Shown: piece by piece, positions 1 through 15,050 of the stretch
Layout of the letters: the number at the start of each line of letters is the position of its first letter
Position numbering within the stretch: the stretch's first letter is position 1
Assembly (NCBI RefSeq): GCF_006345805.1
Contig: NC_043006.1
Coordinates: 11,904,001-11,968,000, forward strand
From: Octopus sinensis
Taxonomy: Eukaryota
Reading direction: 5' to 3'
Length of the DNA stretch: 64,000 bases
The notes under the pieces: model-generated
What the model saw: only the letters and a program-made list of their open reading frames with translations
The model's database searches: none
Told to the model about the DNA's origin: nothing
Translations under genes and position numbers: made by a program

Positions 1-164
1 TCCGGGTTAACTTTATTGCCATCATTATGATTGTTAGAGGATGTTATATACCTGCTCTAAAATACAAGAAGAATCAACGAGGGAATTCTACTTTGTTATT
101 CAATATGTTAGAAATATCAGCCAACAATTCCCCAAACCATGCCATACTTTTTTAGTAACTAACT

Positions 165-613
165 GTGACCTCCTTCGGTCATGAATGACCATGGAACCCA
201 GAAAGTTAACCTCCGAGGTATAATTCTGGGCAAGGTCGTTTATGGAAGACCAGCAGTCGCCCACGCATACCAGTCTCCCCTCTCTACACCACCAGTGTTA
301 TCCAAGGGAAAGCCAAAGGCTTGGCACCAATGATGTCGCAGCTTATTTATTAGTGGCTGTACACTTAACGTAGTTCTCGAGGAGATTCAGCGTGACACAG
401 AGTGTGACAAGGCTGGCCTCTTTGAAATACAGGTACAACAGAAACAGGAAGAAAGAGTGAGAGAAAGTTCACCACCACCCCCTGCCGGAGCCTCGTGGAG
501 CTTTAGGTGTTTTCGCTCAATAAACACTCACAATGCCCGCTCAGGGAATCGAAACCGCGATCCTACGACCGCGAGTCCGCTGCCCTAACCACTGGGCCAT
601 TGCGCCTCCACAT
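165..613 (-). mobile_element. tRNA-derived SINE, chimeric (head A + partial tail X + tail Y)
   Basis: Head GTGGAGGCGCAATGGCCCAGTGGTTAGGGCAGCGG...GGTTTCGATTCC with A/B boxes; 3' end shared with the 59917-60259 element; 9-bp direct repeat TAACTAACT at 156-164 and 614-622. Confidence 0.85.
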
Positions 614-1015
614 TAACTAACTACGCTTCTAAAAATATGATCTTTCATTCACTTGTAATTACAGAAAAGATCGAAAGGTCACAGTTTCAGTGTCCTGAAA
701 ATAGTTCAGAGTTGTCCAGGGGTAATCTAAAGCAATAAAGGTGTAAATCACACTGGGTTCATTACAAACTACAAAGATGCAATTGTTTGAAGTAGAGTTT
801 TGAATTAGAATTCTTTTATTTAATTTCGTTTCTTCAGGAATATTCTTAGTCTTTAAAACTACAGTATTTATAAAAGAAGCTTTGCTATATTCTAGGGTTT
901 ATTCAGTAGATTGCATCCTTCCCGAGAGATTCTGACCACACAAACACACACACTCGCACACGTACACACGCATACATGCACACATACATACACACATACA
1001 TACATACATACATAT

Positions 1016-1411
1016 AGGAGTAGCTGTGTGGTAAGTAGCTTGCTAACCAACCACATGGTTCCGGGTTCGGTCCCACTGCGTGACATCTTGGGCAAGTGTC
1101 TTCTGCTATAGCCCCGGGCCGACCAATGCCTTGTGAGTGGATTTGGTAGACGGAAACTGAAAGAAGCCTGTCGTATATATGTATATATATATGTATGTGT
1201 GTGTGTTTGTGTGTCTGTGTTTGTTCCCCTAGTATTGCTTGACAACCGATGCTGGTGTGTTTACGTCCCCGTCACTTAGCGGTTCGGCAAAAAGAGACCG
1301 ATAGAATAAGTACTGGGTTTACAAAAAGAATAAGTCCCGGGGTTGAGTTGCTCGACTAAAGGCATGGCCGCAGTCAAATGACTGAAACAAGTAAAAGAGT
1401 AAAAGAGTAAA
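1016..1411 (+). mobile_element. tRNA-derived SINE family 'S' with internal (TA/TG)n and (GTAAAAGA)n tail
   Basis: GGAGTAGCTGTGTGGTAAGTAGCTTGC...GGTTCGGTCCC...CTTGGGCAAGTGTCTT...GACTGAAACAAGTAAAAGAG; about 9 near-full copies in the window. Confidence 0.9.
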
Positions 1412-4079
1412 ATATTATACACATATATACATAATAAAATTCAAAATTCGAAATAGTATTGTGTTAAAATATAAACCTCGTTGTATTCAGTTATTCGTCA
1501 GTCTTGTAAGTGTTATGAATTCAGTGATGCCTGCTTTCAGTTCATAAACAACAGAATAATGAATTTAATTCGTTATCATCCTGTACCGGAAAGCAAAGTA
1601 CGTGACTCTAAGTTTAAACGTTCTTGCGAGTTATGACTGTAGTATTTTAAACCCCATTAAAACTCTCTCACCGTGTTCAGTGCCAAAAGGAACCAATATC
1701 CTAAATATAAATGAGTTTGGAATGGCCTAAGTGGTAATAAAAGGAAACCAAATTTTTCACAGTATAGGAAAATTCCAATGCCAATAAGCAGTTCCTAGAG
1801 GTTTAAGGTGGCACCAGTACAGATATTTGTGTTGTTGGTGACATTGTTGTTGCTATAGTTGTTTAGCCAATGGTCGGCGTTGGTACAGGAAACCTATCAT
1901 CACATTTTCTTATATTTTACATCGAAGCCTACATTACCTGGTGTGCCCTTTTATTTTTTAAGATAGTAAAACGTGATTTGAAGAATATTCGGCTGTTATT
2001 TCTAGGTGGTTAAGCAACTACATAATTGATCTCTCCCCCCCTCTCTCTCTTTCGTTCGTCTTCTCTTTCAAAAGTCGTAACTATGACAGCGAAATTTAAA
2101 AAATTGAAATGGATTTGTAGAAGAACGGGCAACTGCGAAAAGTTTCCTTCTTTGAATCAGTTACATGATTCAATTCCTAGAATTGGTAGAACTAGTGTAG
2201 GACCAATTCCCAATAGAAGAAAAATACTAAACATACAATGAATCGTTTCTTGAAGTCAAATATGGAATTTTACTGAAAGACAATGTTTTTACTATATATA
2301 TAAAGAAAAAGGAAAGAAAAATCCTTCAAAACCAATTCTCTCACTCTTACGAAAAAATAAAATGTTCATTTATTATCAGAACCAATGACTGATCACTCAT
2401 AAAGCCAAATATAGGACCTGTATGTAGTTATTCGGGTTGCTAAAAACAGCAGCAAAATCATTCTGATATTACACCTTACTGTATTTTGTAAATTGAAGGA
2501 CGCATTGGGCATTATGTCATTGATATACAAAATTCCATGAAAGCAGCGACTGGAACACCTTAAGCCACAAGTCTATTCGATGTTCGCTGATTTGGGTCTT
2601 AACAGCCAATAATAACTTATAGAAAATATAACAATTTCTCTCGGCTGAACCAATTATGTTTTGGGTTAGTTCCAGGTCACAGAAACTATAATACATAATT
2701 ATAAAGTATAAGCAATGCAGTTAATTAATATGTCTAGAGACGCGATCGAAACATCTATCGAAATTATTTCTAGATGAAAAAAAATGAACTCACTGCAACG
2801 ATGTCAAGAACAATGACCTGCTTCTTCCTTACCGCACTTACATATTAAAATTACAAGGGATATGCATGATATGTACCATTTTTCTAATTCGCTTCATTGT
2901 CTTAACTTGTTCCAGATAATTTTTCATTAGAGTTTTGCCGCCCCGACACGAGCGTCTGGACTCTCGGTTGCTGCTCAATTCCACATTTTACTGGGTCAAT
3001 GATTATTATTTAAAAAAAAAAATTTGATACATTGTCTTTCGATATTTCCATATCAGCATTGACCGTACAGTTCTATAATCAAAGATATTACAGCCATGAG
3101 CATTTTGGTTTCCCATGTGCTTAGCATATCTACGACTACATTATGTAATGCATCCTCTCTATGTTTTAAGTCGGGTGCAGTCTGATAGAGATTAACCTAT
3201 TAATTGTAGCAGATTGAGCAACTTCATAGAAACACACATTCTAGCTTGTAAAAAAAATGTTCGTCTTTTCATGCGGGTGTCATACATGCCTCAATGATGA
3301 GGGGAATGATATAAATAATTTAAATGATTTTGGTTTCTCTCTCAAATTAGATTATAAAACTAAATCAGTTTTTCTATATTTACATTTTTAATAGTTTCAG
3401 TCAAGGACTTTAATCATTCATAATGACCTGAGTACTTACTTCAGCCTTGTAGTCACTCACTGGTAATTATTAATCGGTCATATACAACGAATAGCTGAGT
3501 TACTCTAAGAAGAATCAAAATTCATGCACAAATATATACAGACAGGCGTATGCATGTATCTAAGCTAACCTTTAAGTAGGCAGTATTCAGGCTAAAATTT
3601 TGTTATCCCCACAAACGTGTCCCTTATATTGGTGCTGTATATCTGACCAAATGCGAACTAAACTGTCTCATTTTCTACAAGATACATTTCTCACTACATA
3701 ATAATTTACTTTTGCTATATCCAGTACGTGTCAGCTTTCAGGACATTGTTTTCGTTATCGTAAAATTTGCCAGAGCAAATCGCTGTATATAAATCCTTCT
3801 GATTCTCATTCATACCTTAGTTATTCTTCTTTTCATGTTACATCTCACAAATCCACTATTTTTTCTCAATTTCTCCATCTGTGTCATCTGAACCCCATGC
3901 TTTGCTATGCGCCACTTTATGGAACCTTCTTTTACGGTCTATCACTCTCGCTATCACACTAACTGTCTCCTCTTTAACGAGTAACTCAAATTACAGTGAC
4001 GGATTATTTAGAATCTCGCTAACTCTCAGTCACACACATTCTGGTACTTTTATATATTCTTATTCTAGATATACTATGT

Positions 4080-4464
4080 TGGAAGCACTCCGTCGGTTAC
4101 GACGACGAGGGTTCCGGTTGATCCGATCAACGGAACAGCCTGCTCGTGAAATTAACGTGTAAGTGGCTGAGCACTCCACAGACACGTGTACCCTTAACGC
4201 AGTTCTCGGGGATATTCAGCGTGACACAGAGAGTGACAAGGCCGGCCCTTTGAAATACAGGTACAACAGAAACAGGAAGTAAGAGTGAGAGAAAGTTGTG
4301 GTGAAAGAGTACAGCAGGGATCACCACCATCCCCTGCCGGAGCATCGTGGAGCTTTAGGTGTTTTCGCTCAATAAACACTCACAACGCCCGGTCTGGGAA
4401 TCGAAACCGCGATCCTATGACCGCGAGTCCGCTGCCCTAACCACTGGGCCATTGCGCCTCCACT
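4080..4464 (-). mobile_element. tRNA-derived SINE (head A + tail X), full length
   Basis: Near-identical to 30188-30570; 12-bp TSD GATATACTATGT at 4068-4079 and 4465-4476. Confidence 0.92.
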
Positions 4465-5687
4465 GATATACTATGTCTTTCATCTTAAGTTACCACAACT
4501 ATAACTGTCCCGATATTTCTAGCACATAGTCATACATAACTTCAACTGAACCTCTGTAATGTTTGTAATGCATTATATATACATAAGTTGAAAGAAGGCA
4601 CCGATTAAACGCGAACATTACTCGCATCATCGGCATCCTGTTGCGAGAGCATTTCTATGGAATTAAGGACTGCACTCAGACCTGACTGTTGGTTTAACAT
4701 CTCAACTTATCTCACCACTCCATTGTCAAACATTCAATAGCTGGAACAGTTGGCGCAGCTTTGGCAATAGGTCACAAAGAACATTCTTCTTTTCGGATAA
4801 AAGTTAAATTAGTGTTCTTAAGAGGTATTCTTTTATAAAATTAAATATCGCCTATCCATTTTGTTCCATGCATTCTCACACTTTTTCTTTTCATTATTGC
4901 TCTCACTTTAGGTGTTATTTTACTAGGACAACTCTGTCATTCGACCTTTTCCAAGTCACTCTTAAATAGATTCCGTTATTCTCAAACGGTCAGAAACTTA
5001 TGGCTCTCATTCGAATTAACAAAATAGCCATACAATTTATTTTCCTTTCAAATCGTTTCCTTATTCAACCCTACACAAACTGAACCTGGTAACTTTTGCA
5101 CATTAGCATGTTTAACTGCTTGCAAAACCAACATAAAATAGCTTTGTTATTCACCCACGTACTCATTCTAAACTTTTCCGTCCATGTTTATTGACTTAAA
5201 AATTCTTGCAATAGTATTTATTACTCAAACCAAAATGATACTGAATTTGTCAATTTTTATTCACTGACCTCTAGTTACAAGGTAATACATAAAGTTTAAA
5301 ATATTTAAATCGTTATTCTAAAGCACATTACTTCCAGAACTTCTTTTGTTCATCTCTTCTATGCCTTCCTTTTTTCTCAACGTAATCTATAGTCTCAGTA
5401 CAATGTGAATAAAAAAACACCTATAATACACGTTTTCTGTTATACGAATGGTCTGATTCTTCGTTCATACTGCTTATATAGATTTACTCAAAAAAGATTC
5501 ACTCAGGAACAGAAAAATTTGTGTGAAAGGTGTCCAGCACAATGCTCAAGGCTACTCATTAAGTTATAAAGTAATTCCAGATTCAGAACTCATAAAAAAT
5601 ATTACAATACACAATGTTTTGTATTCTCATTTCCCATTTTTGCAAAAATCAATCGCACGTATATATACACATCCGTACGTGTACATT

Positions 5688-5748
<61 letters not shown>

Positions 5749-5751
<3 letters not shown>

Positions 5752-5881
5752 TGCATGTTTGTAAGTATCTAGGTAAATATATATATGTATGTGTATGTAT
5801 GTTTATTTGTTAGTTCATCTGGCTGTGTGTCTATCATTCCCTCTTTATATCTCACTGATTGTCCCTGCCTGACTTTCTGGC

Positions 5882-5916
<35 letters not shown>

Positions 5917-6397
5917 CTATCTATCTATCTATCTATCTATCTATTATAATCTATTTCTGCATGTATGTATATATATATATATATTATATATATATATATG
6001 TAAATATATATAAATGCATGCGCATATCTGCATGTGCGAGCCCGCATGTTTGTGAATGTTTGAATATAAAAGTATATGCTTAATGGTAGATCAATATTCT
6101 TGATATTTCTTCAGTCATGAAAATATGAAATTTTCTTTCGTTACTACTCTTTATATACTTCTATATTTCAGTTTATATTTCGGCTTGGAATAATTTCATT
6201 TTGCCTCATCACTATTGATATATTGTTGTTGCATAGCAAGCTTCAATGCTTATACATAGAAATTTGCGAGGATCAATGAAGAAAATGTCAAATTGCTTCC
6301 AGTGAATATTATTGATATTATTTACCTTATATTTTAAAGGTTTTTCTTTGTTAAATAGCTCTTCGATATGCATATATCCTTGTAGTTTTCGATTTGA

Positions 6398-6484
<87 letters not shown>

Positions 6485-6636
6485 CATACAAACATATATA
6501 TATATACATACATATATATATATACATATATATACATACATACAAACTATATATATAACATACTATATATATACATATATATACATACATACAAACATAT
6601 ATATATATACATACATATTATATACATATAATACAT

Positions 6637-6676
<40 letters not shown>

Positions 6677-6681
6677 CATAT

Positions 6682-6715
<34 letters not shown>

Positions 6716-6739
6716 GCATACATATATACATATATATAC

Positions 6740-6771
<32 letters not shown>

Positions 6772-6942
6772 CATACATACATACATATATATATATATAT
6801 ATGCATATATGCATGCATTTTGTAAGTATCTAGGTAAATATATATATGTATGTGTATGTATGTTTATTTGTAGTTTCATCTGGCTGTGTGTCTATCATTC
6901 CCTCTTTATATCTCACTGATTGTCCCTGCCTGACTTTCTGGC

Positions 6943-6990
<48 letters not shown>

Positions 6991-7511
6991 CTATCTATAT
7001 ATATATATCTATTTCTGCATGTATGTATATATTATATATAATATATTATATAATATATATGTAAATATATATAAATGCATGCGCATATCTGCATGTGCGA
7101 GCCCGCATGTTTGTGAATGTTTGAATATAAAAGTATATGCTTAATGGTAGATCAATATTCTTGATATTTCGTCAGTCATGAAAATATGAATTTTCTTTCG
7201 TTACTACTCTTTATATACTTCTATATTTCAGTTTATTTTCGCGCTTGGAATAATTTCATTTTGCCTCATCACTATTGATATATGTTGTTGCATAGCAAGC
7301 TTCACAATGCTTATACATAGAAATTTGCGAGGATCAATGAAGAAAATGTCAAATTGCTTCCAGTGAATATTATTGATATTATTTACCTTATATTTTAAAG
7401 GTTTTTCTTTGTTAAATAGCTCTTCGATATGCATATATCCTTGTAGTTTTCGTTGATTATATGTATATTGATATAATATATATATTATATATATATATAT
7501 ATATATATCCA

Positions 7512-7548
<37 letters not shown>

Positions 7549-7786
7549 TACATACAACATATATATATATATACATACATATATATATTATACATATATA
7601 TACATACATACAAACATATATATATACATACATATATATATACATATATAACATACATACAAACATATATATATATACATACATATATAATACATATATA
7701 TACATACAAACATAATATATATATTATTACTATATATATATGTTATATACATACATACATATATATATATAAAATATATATATATG

Positions 7787-7828
<42 letters not shown>

Positions 7829-7865
7829 GCATACATACATACATAATATAATAGATATATCATAC

Positions 7866-7897
<32 letters not shown>

Positions 7898-7900
7898 TCA
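5749..7900. repeat. Tandem duplication, about 1.06-kb unit, bounded by (TA)n
   Basis: GCATGCAT.TTTGTAAGTATCTAGG... starts at about 5749 and 6811; the unique parts are near-identical apart from small indels. Confidence 0.9.
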
Positions 7901-7909
7901 TAATACTAC

Positions 7910-7941
<32 letters not shown>

Positions 7942-8021
7942 TGCATACATACACATACATATATATATATATAATATATGCATACATACATACATACATA
8001 TATATATATATATATGCATAC

Positions 8022-8091
<70 letters not shown>

Positions 8092-10244
8092 GTAATGTAC
8101 CTATCCATATACATGCAATCTTTATACATCATCTGTATTATTTAATGTTTTGAAAGTTTTAAATTTTTAAAAAATATAAATAATCAAAATTCTTTTTAGC
8201 TGATATGATATTAAGCATTTCTGTCACATTGTTACAACTTCTCAATTCTATTTATATTTACACCTAGTTGTGTAATAATCCTTCGTTACTATCCATCCTT
8301 TTATAACATTAGAAATATATGTTTCAAGGATGTGAAAGGAAATAACTTTGTTTTGTTATGTAAAACACGATGAGAGAAGCTTTTAGATATAATACCACTT
8401 CATATCGACATATATTACCGTGATACTTCATTAGGGCTTAAGCTACGTAAAACAAGATCGCACACAATTTTCTTTATATGTTTTAAAATTGTATTTGCTC
8501 TGTATGCCTTGGTTGTAAAATATAAATATCGAAAATGTATTTTAATAAAATCTATATAAGGAATTTACATAAATTTCTTTAACTATATTAACTATTTTAC
8601 ATAAACCTGTTCTTCGTTCTTTTTATATAGTTATTCGACCTATACCTAAACTACAGTCATAAATTATTGTTTAAATTTAAAATATATGTTGAAAGCATTT
8701 GAGAAATACATTAAATGATTGATCAATATGTATAAATAGTACAGAAATTATTTATGCTTTATTGATTACATCAGTATCTGTTTGATTTATTTCGAACATT
8801 ATTAATATGACTTTCGGTTTTAAATTTTCTTTTGAAGACTGGAAGCAAGAATTCCATAATAATTGTGGGTTACCGAAATTGTGTTTATTTTCAATATTTT
8901 AAAGCCTATACGTTTTGTTTTAATTTTGAACAGAACATTAAAGAAAATATAATTTTCAAGATGAATAAATCATTCATATTGAAAACCATATGTGAAATGC
9001 ACTTACGAGGATTTCCTATACACATGGAGATTGTCATTTTCAATAATGCTATTAATATTCTGACGACTACCATATTAAAATCAAAGGTAAAATAAAAACT
9101 ACAAAAAAAAAAAAAACTAATTAAACTAATAAAACATTTTTGCTTGCAAGTTTTCCTCTTCTATCCATTTCTTTGAATTTATTAATTATTCTTCATTTGT
9201 TATTGATTTTAATTTCATTTGCGATCGTTAAATATATGTTAAATCTCTCATGGTTCGAATAGCTTCGTCTCATTGTATATTGAAATAAAGGGTAGACACT
9301 CAAGAGCCTCGCAACCGAATTCAACACGTTTCTTTTCTTTGAAGCGAAATTTTAGCTAATGTTTATTTCTTTCAGTCAACCATCAACGAATTCATAGACG
9401 CAGCTCTTAATTAGAAACTTTCAATATTGCAGCTTCCCAAAATTATATATAACCGTTTGATGTCATTGACATTTATGTAATGGTTGATTAGGAGTTCTTG
9501 AAAAGAGAATGCGTATGTCTATGTGCCTGCATTGGCATGAATAAAGGTTATGTCGTAGAACTTTTAAACATTCAAGATACAGAATACATAAAATCCACTC
9601 TCCTTCATAATTAATATATTTGATATTTGGTTTTGACCAGCATCTAATAGCATAAAAACACGAAAACAAATTGATGGTTATAAATTTCAGCATGCAACTC
9701 AATACCTTCACTAGTTGCAGGATACATTTTGTTTTTATATTATTAGAAAGTAGGTTGTTAAAACCGGGTATATATGAAAGCAGCTACTTAATTAAACAAG
9801 TTCGACTGTAATGGAATTGGGAAATGCAAATCTAGTGCTTCTATATCTCACATAATACGCAGAGTGTGGCTATTCTAGCTAGAAATCAAGCTGTTCCAAA
9901 TATGTTTGTGAGATGAATGGTATTGATTTTATGATTAGAAATATAAGTCTGAAAGAAGAAAAAAAATGAGTTATGTAACAGGGACATAAATACAAATATT
10001 CAATGAGATTTGGGCATATAATAACCATAGCCTTAACAACTTGCTAGTACAACATGCAAGAATTGTGTTTCTATAGAATTAATAAATCAGATTGTGATGT
10101 CTGGCCTGAATTAAAATGAGGCGATAATGGAGATGAATCGAACAAAAATCGAACAGCATATTTCGAAGTTATACGAGACTAAATAAATTTAATGGTTTTA
10201 GGCTGGAGCCAATGAATCCGAATAAGCGAAAAGAGAACAGTTAT

Positions 10245-10525
<281 letters not shown>

Positions 10526-10873
10526 AAACATTTATATATATGTATGTATATACATGCATACACACACATATGCATATATGTGTATGCATGTGTGCCAAAG
10601 TGCGCATGCGTGAATGAACGTGCATGAGTATATATGTAGAGATATGCCTACATAAGATATACAAATGCATATGCGTGTATGTATATATGTGGATATATAA
10701 ATGCACAGGTACGTGTTTGTAGCACATACTCATATACGGTTGCATTATTCTGCTATGATCTACAAATGTAACACCTTAAACAAATATTATCTTAATGCAA
10801 AGAAATCGAAGACAAAGCTTTTTTTATTACTCGTAAGACAATTGACTAACGCAGTGACAAATAGTTTAAGTGA

Positions 10874-10914
<41 letters not shown>

Positions 10915-10953
10915 ATATATACACATCTGTGTGTATGTATATATATGTATGTA

Positions 10954-10992
<39 letters not shown>

Positions 10993-11272
10993 ATATATTG
11001 TTCAGAGTCTACCGCTCAATGGAAGTGCTGTTGTATTTCGTTCATTACGACGGTCGGTGTTCAAATCAAACCTTTTAATCTTTTATGGAAAAATGGATGC
11101 AATATTGCATAATTACTGTTATTGTAGTGGATTGATATCGTTCATAACTTAATTGTATTGTGTTATTTGTTCTATAGTTAACATAGAGGAAATTACTTCT
11201 AATAACGTATATGAATGAATTTGGAGCTCTAGAAAACTATAGAACAAAGATGTATCACGTTGACAAGCGTAT

Positions 11273-11318
<46 letters not shown>

Positions 11319-11375
11319 TATATATAGCAATTCACAAACATAGTTCCTTTAACGTAGTTTTCTTTCGTATCACGT

Positions 11376-11429
<54 letters not shown>

Positions 11430-11732
11430 CTATATATATATATGTATATATGGGAGTTTAAAGGAATATATTATACAGGTAGATACCTTTCAGCTTTCGG
11501 AACAGTACTCAGAGCAGTGGTTCGGAAACACGTGCAGGTCATAGTAGCCACATAATTATGCTGTATGACTCATACAGCAAAATAGAAGGTACAAAATTTT
11601 GAGGATGTAACTGTCTCCGTTTCATTTATCGTCATAGTCATTGCATGTATATATATATATATGTGTGTGTGTGTATATATATATCGATATATACATATAT
11701 ATATATATATATATCATACATACACACACACA

Positions 11733-11819
<87 letters not shown>

Positions 11820-11834
11820 ATATATACAGCCTAA

Positions 11835-12543
11835 GGGGGTTTAGTTCCCTGGTGTTCTAAACGAATAGGTATAATGGGTGAGTGCTGTAATGGGTTATCG
11901 GGACTTGTAACTAAGATGGGAGCTATGTTTAAAGTGGACAAACGCGCCGCAGAAACTTTAAACATGCTGAAGATTATTTATGAGTTGGGCATTTGATGTT
12001 TTGCTGGCACAGGAGTTAGAGAGGAGGTAAGGGACAATGAGAAGTGAAGGGAACGTGAGAACATCAGAAATGGTTGAGAAAATTCGCAGTTTCTGGATGA
12101 AGACCGTCGTGTGTCAATAAGATAGTTATTGTACATTAATTATCTTTATAGACACACGATTTGGTATGGTAACTGTAATAATCATCTGTGTATGAAAAGT
12201 GAAACAAGCGCAAAAGGCCTCAGTGATCAGCATTTTGGTAATTATTTGAGATGAACATCAAAACTGTCCCTTCCGTTCCCTAAAGTCCATCCCTCGTCTC
12301 CTGCAAATTTTCGGTGTTCCCCAAGCTGAAGGGGAAAAATTTCGAAGGTTAAAAAGACTGTCAGAGGGATCCTGAATACTTTCATATTGGAGGCCTTCCA
12401 TGAGACCTTAACAAATGGAAGCCACGAGAGGTGCATTTAACTCAGAGGATCCTATTTTGTAGGAGATTAGAGTGTTTCACATCTCTGAAATTTATAAATG
12501 TCGCTCCTGAAACAGTCTGAAAACTTCTGAAACATTCCTTGTA
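11835..12543 (+). mobile_element. Decayed, internally deleted mariner-like transposon
   Basis: Remnant peptides FKVDKRAAETLNML and VRTSEMVEKIR..LDEDRRVSI resemble the mariner N-terminal HTH region; mariner-like 3' end ...GAAAACTTCTGAAACATTCCTTGTA. Confidence 0.55.
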
Positions 12544-14612
12544 ACTGTAAATAAAAAGCCGTGTGTGTTTCTGCGTGTGCAGTGTGAACAATATTATTTA
12601 TTCAAAAGTTTCTATGTTCCAACGTTCATTCGATTGTTATTATGCTTCCTCAATCACTCTTATACACACAACAACTGGATCTGCTCGTGTTGCGCTGAAA
12701 ACGACTAAACAGGAAATACAGGTTTTTTGTTGGACACATAAAAATATGCTGGGTTACTGTAATAAAACGCATAAAATACATCTAAACACTTCCAAAAAGT
12801 TTTCATAGAAAAATTTTTCGACTAATTCTATAAAGACTTCATTGTCAATTGTTCCAAATTTATTTAAAATATTTTTTTGCCTTTTCAGAACTGTTTTATG
12901 GTTTGGAATTTGAATGGCGCGTATCCTTTATTGCATATTACTTTTACCTAAAAAAATGTTTTAGTAACACTGAGTCTGGAATATTTTTGATGTGGTTTTA
13001 CAGACAAATATAAAACGTTGAATTTATTGAGTTGAAATTTTAATTAAAAGGCACGGAACATGCTTGGTGACGGATGACACTCGGTCGTCGTGTGTTTGCT
13101 AATATTCTGTTAATGTATACATTGCAAGGCACCACACACACACACACACACCACACACACACACACACGCACACACCCTCATACACACAGAGTTCAAATA
13201 TGTTTGTGTCATATTTTAACTGCTAAAGGTAATTTCACCGTACTTTACTATAGGTAAAGAATTCTCTACTATGGCACAGTTGTAAATTTAGTTTTATCAC
13301 CTCAGTGGCGCCCAATTTCGCACCCCTACACAATTCCTTGCCTATTATGCCTAAACATTATTTAGTTCTCATCACTATATTTCTTATGGGCGGGCGATGT
13401 GAGAGTGCACGTCAGTCACTAGTTATGATCGATATAATATAGAGCTACGCTGTTCCTAGTCTATTCAGGGAAATATATATCACATTATATAATTTATGTA
13501 TGTGTGTGTTTGTATGTGTGTGTACGCGTATTAACTTATACATCCGCACTCTCACGCATTTCTAACTTTTCACATGATTTACTAATTTTGCAATTTCTGC
13601 AGCGTATGCGAAGACAAACCTTGTAATTTCCATCCATTTATTGCGAAAGCTGTCGTTATTATTACCAGCTTTAACAGATTGTTAACGTATGCTTAAACAA
13701 TTCTTAAACAATACTTAGGCAACGTTTCTCAATACACCGTATTATCGTATTATTTCTATGCGCAACCTTCACACCTTCCTTATTTGCATATGTTTCCTGC
13801 ACGTATTCTCTGTACATATTCAATATTTAATCACCCCACGAATGCAAGACTCTTTCACCTTTCTACTCGTCAGATGCAAAATATAAATAAAATATAAATC
13901 ACTCTGTGAATTAACTATATATATACGAACCTTAAGTTTGCTGCACAATTGTTGAATTCTGTCTCTTTATTGTTAAAATTTTGTCATATGTTAGATATGC
14001 ACTTTGGTTTTCGAAATTTTGTATTTTTATAAATTTGTACATTGAGTATTTTTTCTATTTTTTTTGTATGCTTGTAGCTTTTCATCCTGAAATTATTTAT
14101 TTCGAATTATATATTTCTGCATTTAGTAATTTTGCAATTTTTCTATTTTTCTATTTCTCTATTATTCCACACACCCACGTATACTAATACTCGTGCGCGC
14201 ACACACTCACAGAGAAACACACACAGACACAGATATATATATACACACATACACAAAGCGACACGCACGCGCACACACACACATGCTCACACAAACACAT
14301 ACGCACACACACACCGACACGCACGCACAAACAAATAATTTGCGTATTTTGTATTCATTCAAAGTCGCACACTTGCACGTTTGCTGGTGTAAACACACGG
14401 AGGAGTTTTAACATTTACATACATCTCTACACACCTACGTGTCACCATACGATCAAAAGTAAGTATCGTTTTATATTAAAAATGTCGCTTCTGAAATTAC
14501 CTTTAGATTATATATATACACATTTATATATGTGTGTGTGTGTGTATAAATATATATATACACACATACAACTACGTACTAGCAGACACATGCGCGCGCG
14601 TACACATACACA

Positions 14613-14841
14613 TTACTCTTTTTCTCTTTTACTTGTTTCAGTCATTTGACTGCGGCCATGCTTGAGCACCGCCTTTAGTCGAGCAAATCGCCCCCACGAC
14701 TTATTCTCTGTAAGCCTATTACTTATTCTATCGGCCTCTTTTGCCGAACCGCTATGTTACGGGGACGTAAACACACCAGCATCGGTTGTCAATCGATGCT
14801 GGGGGGACACACACAGACACACAAACATATACACATACACG

Positions 14842-14889
<48 letters not shown>

Positions 14890-15050
14890 CATATATACGA
14901 CGGGCTTCTTTCAGTTTCCGTCTACCAAATCCACTCACAAGGCTTTGGTCGGCCCGAGGCAATAGTAGAAGACACTAGCCCAAGGTGCTAGGCAGTGGGA
15001 CTGAATCCGGTAGCATGTGGTTGGTAAGCAAGCTACCTACCACACAGCCA
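14613..15050 (-). mobile_element. SINE family S copy
   Basis: Reverse complement of the 1016-1411 family, with an expanded internal (CA)n. Confidence 0.9.

Noticed and set aside
892-1245. Recurrent ORF family 'RQASFSFRLPNPLTR...[18 protein letters not shown]'
   Set aside because: Antisense reading of S-SINE copies; frames vary between copies.
5523-8153. Many ORFs rich in YI/HT/VC dipeptides (also at 10-11, 23-24, 28-29, 41, 52, 55 and 58 kb)
   Set aside because: Translations of stop-free (TA)n, (CA)n and (TACA)n microsatellites, not proteins.
11455-11640. Island with GAAACACGTG and the hairpin GCTGTATGACTCATACAGC
   Set aside because: No CUGANGA core; probably a repeat fragment that I cannot classify.
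13839-13874. Minus-strand CTGACGA...GAAA
   Set aside because: No credible stem II or stem III; chance match.
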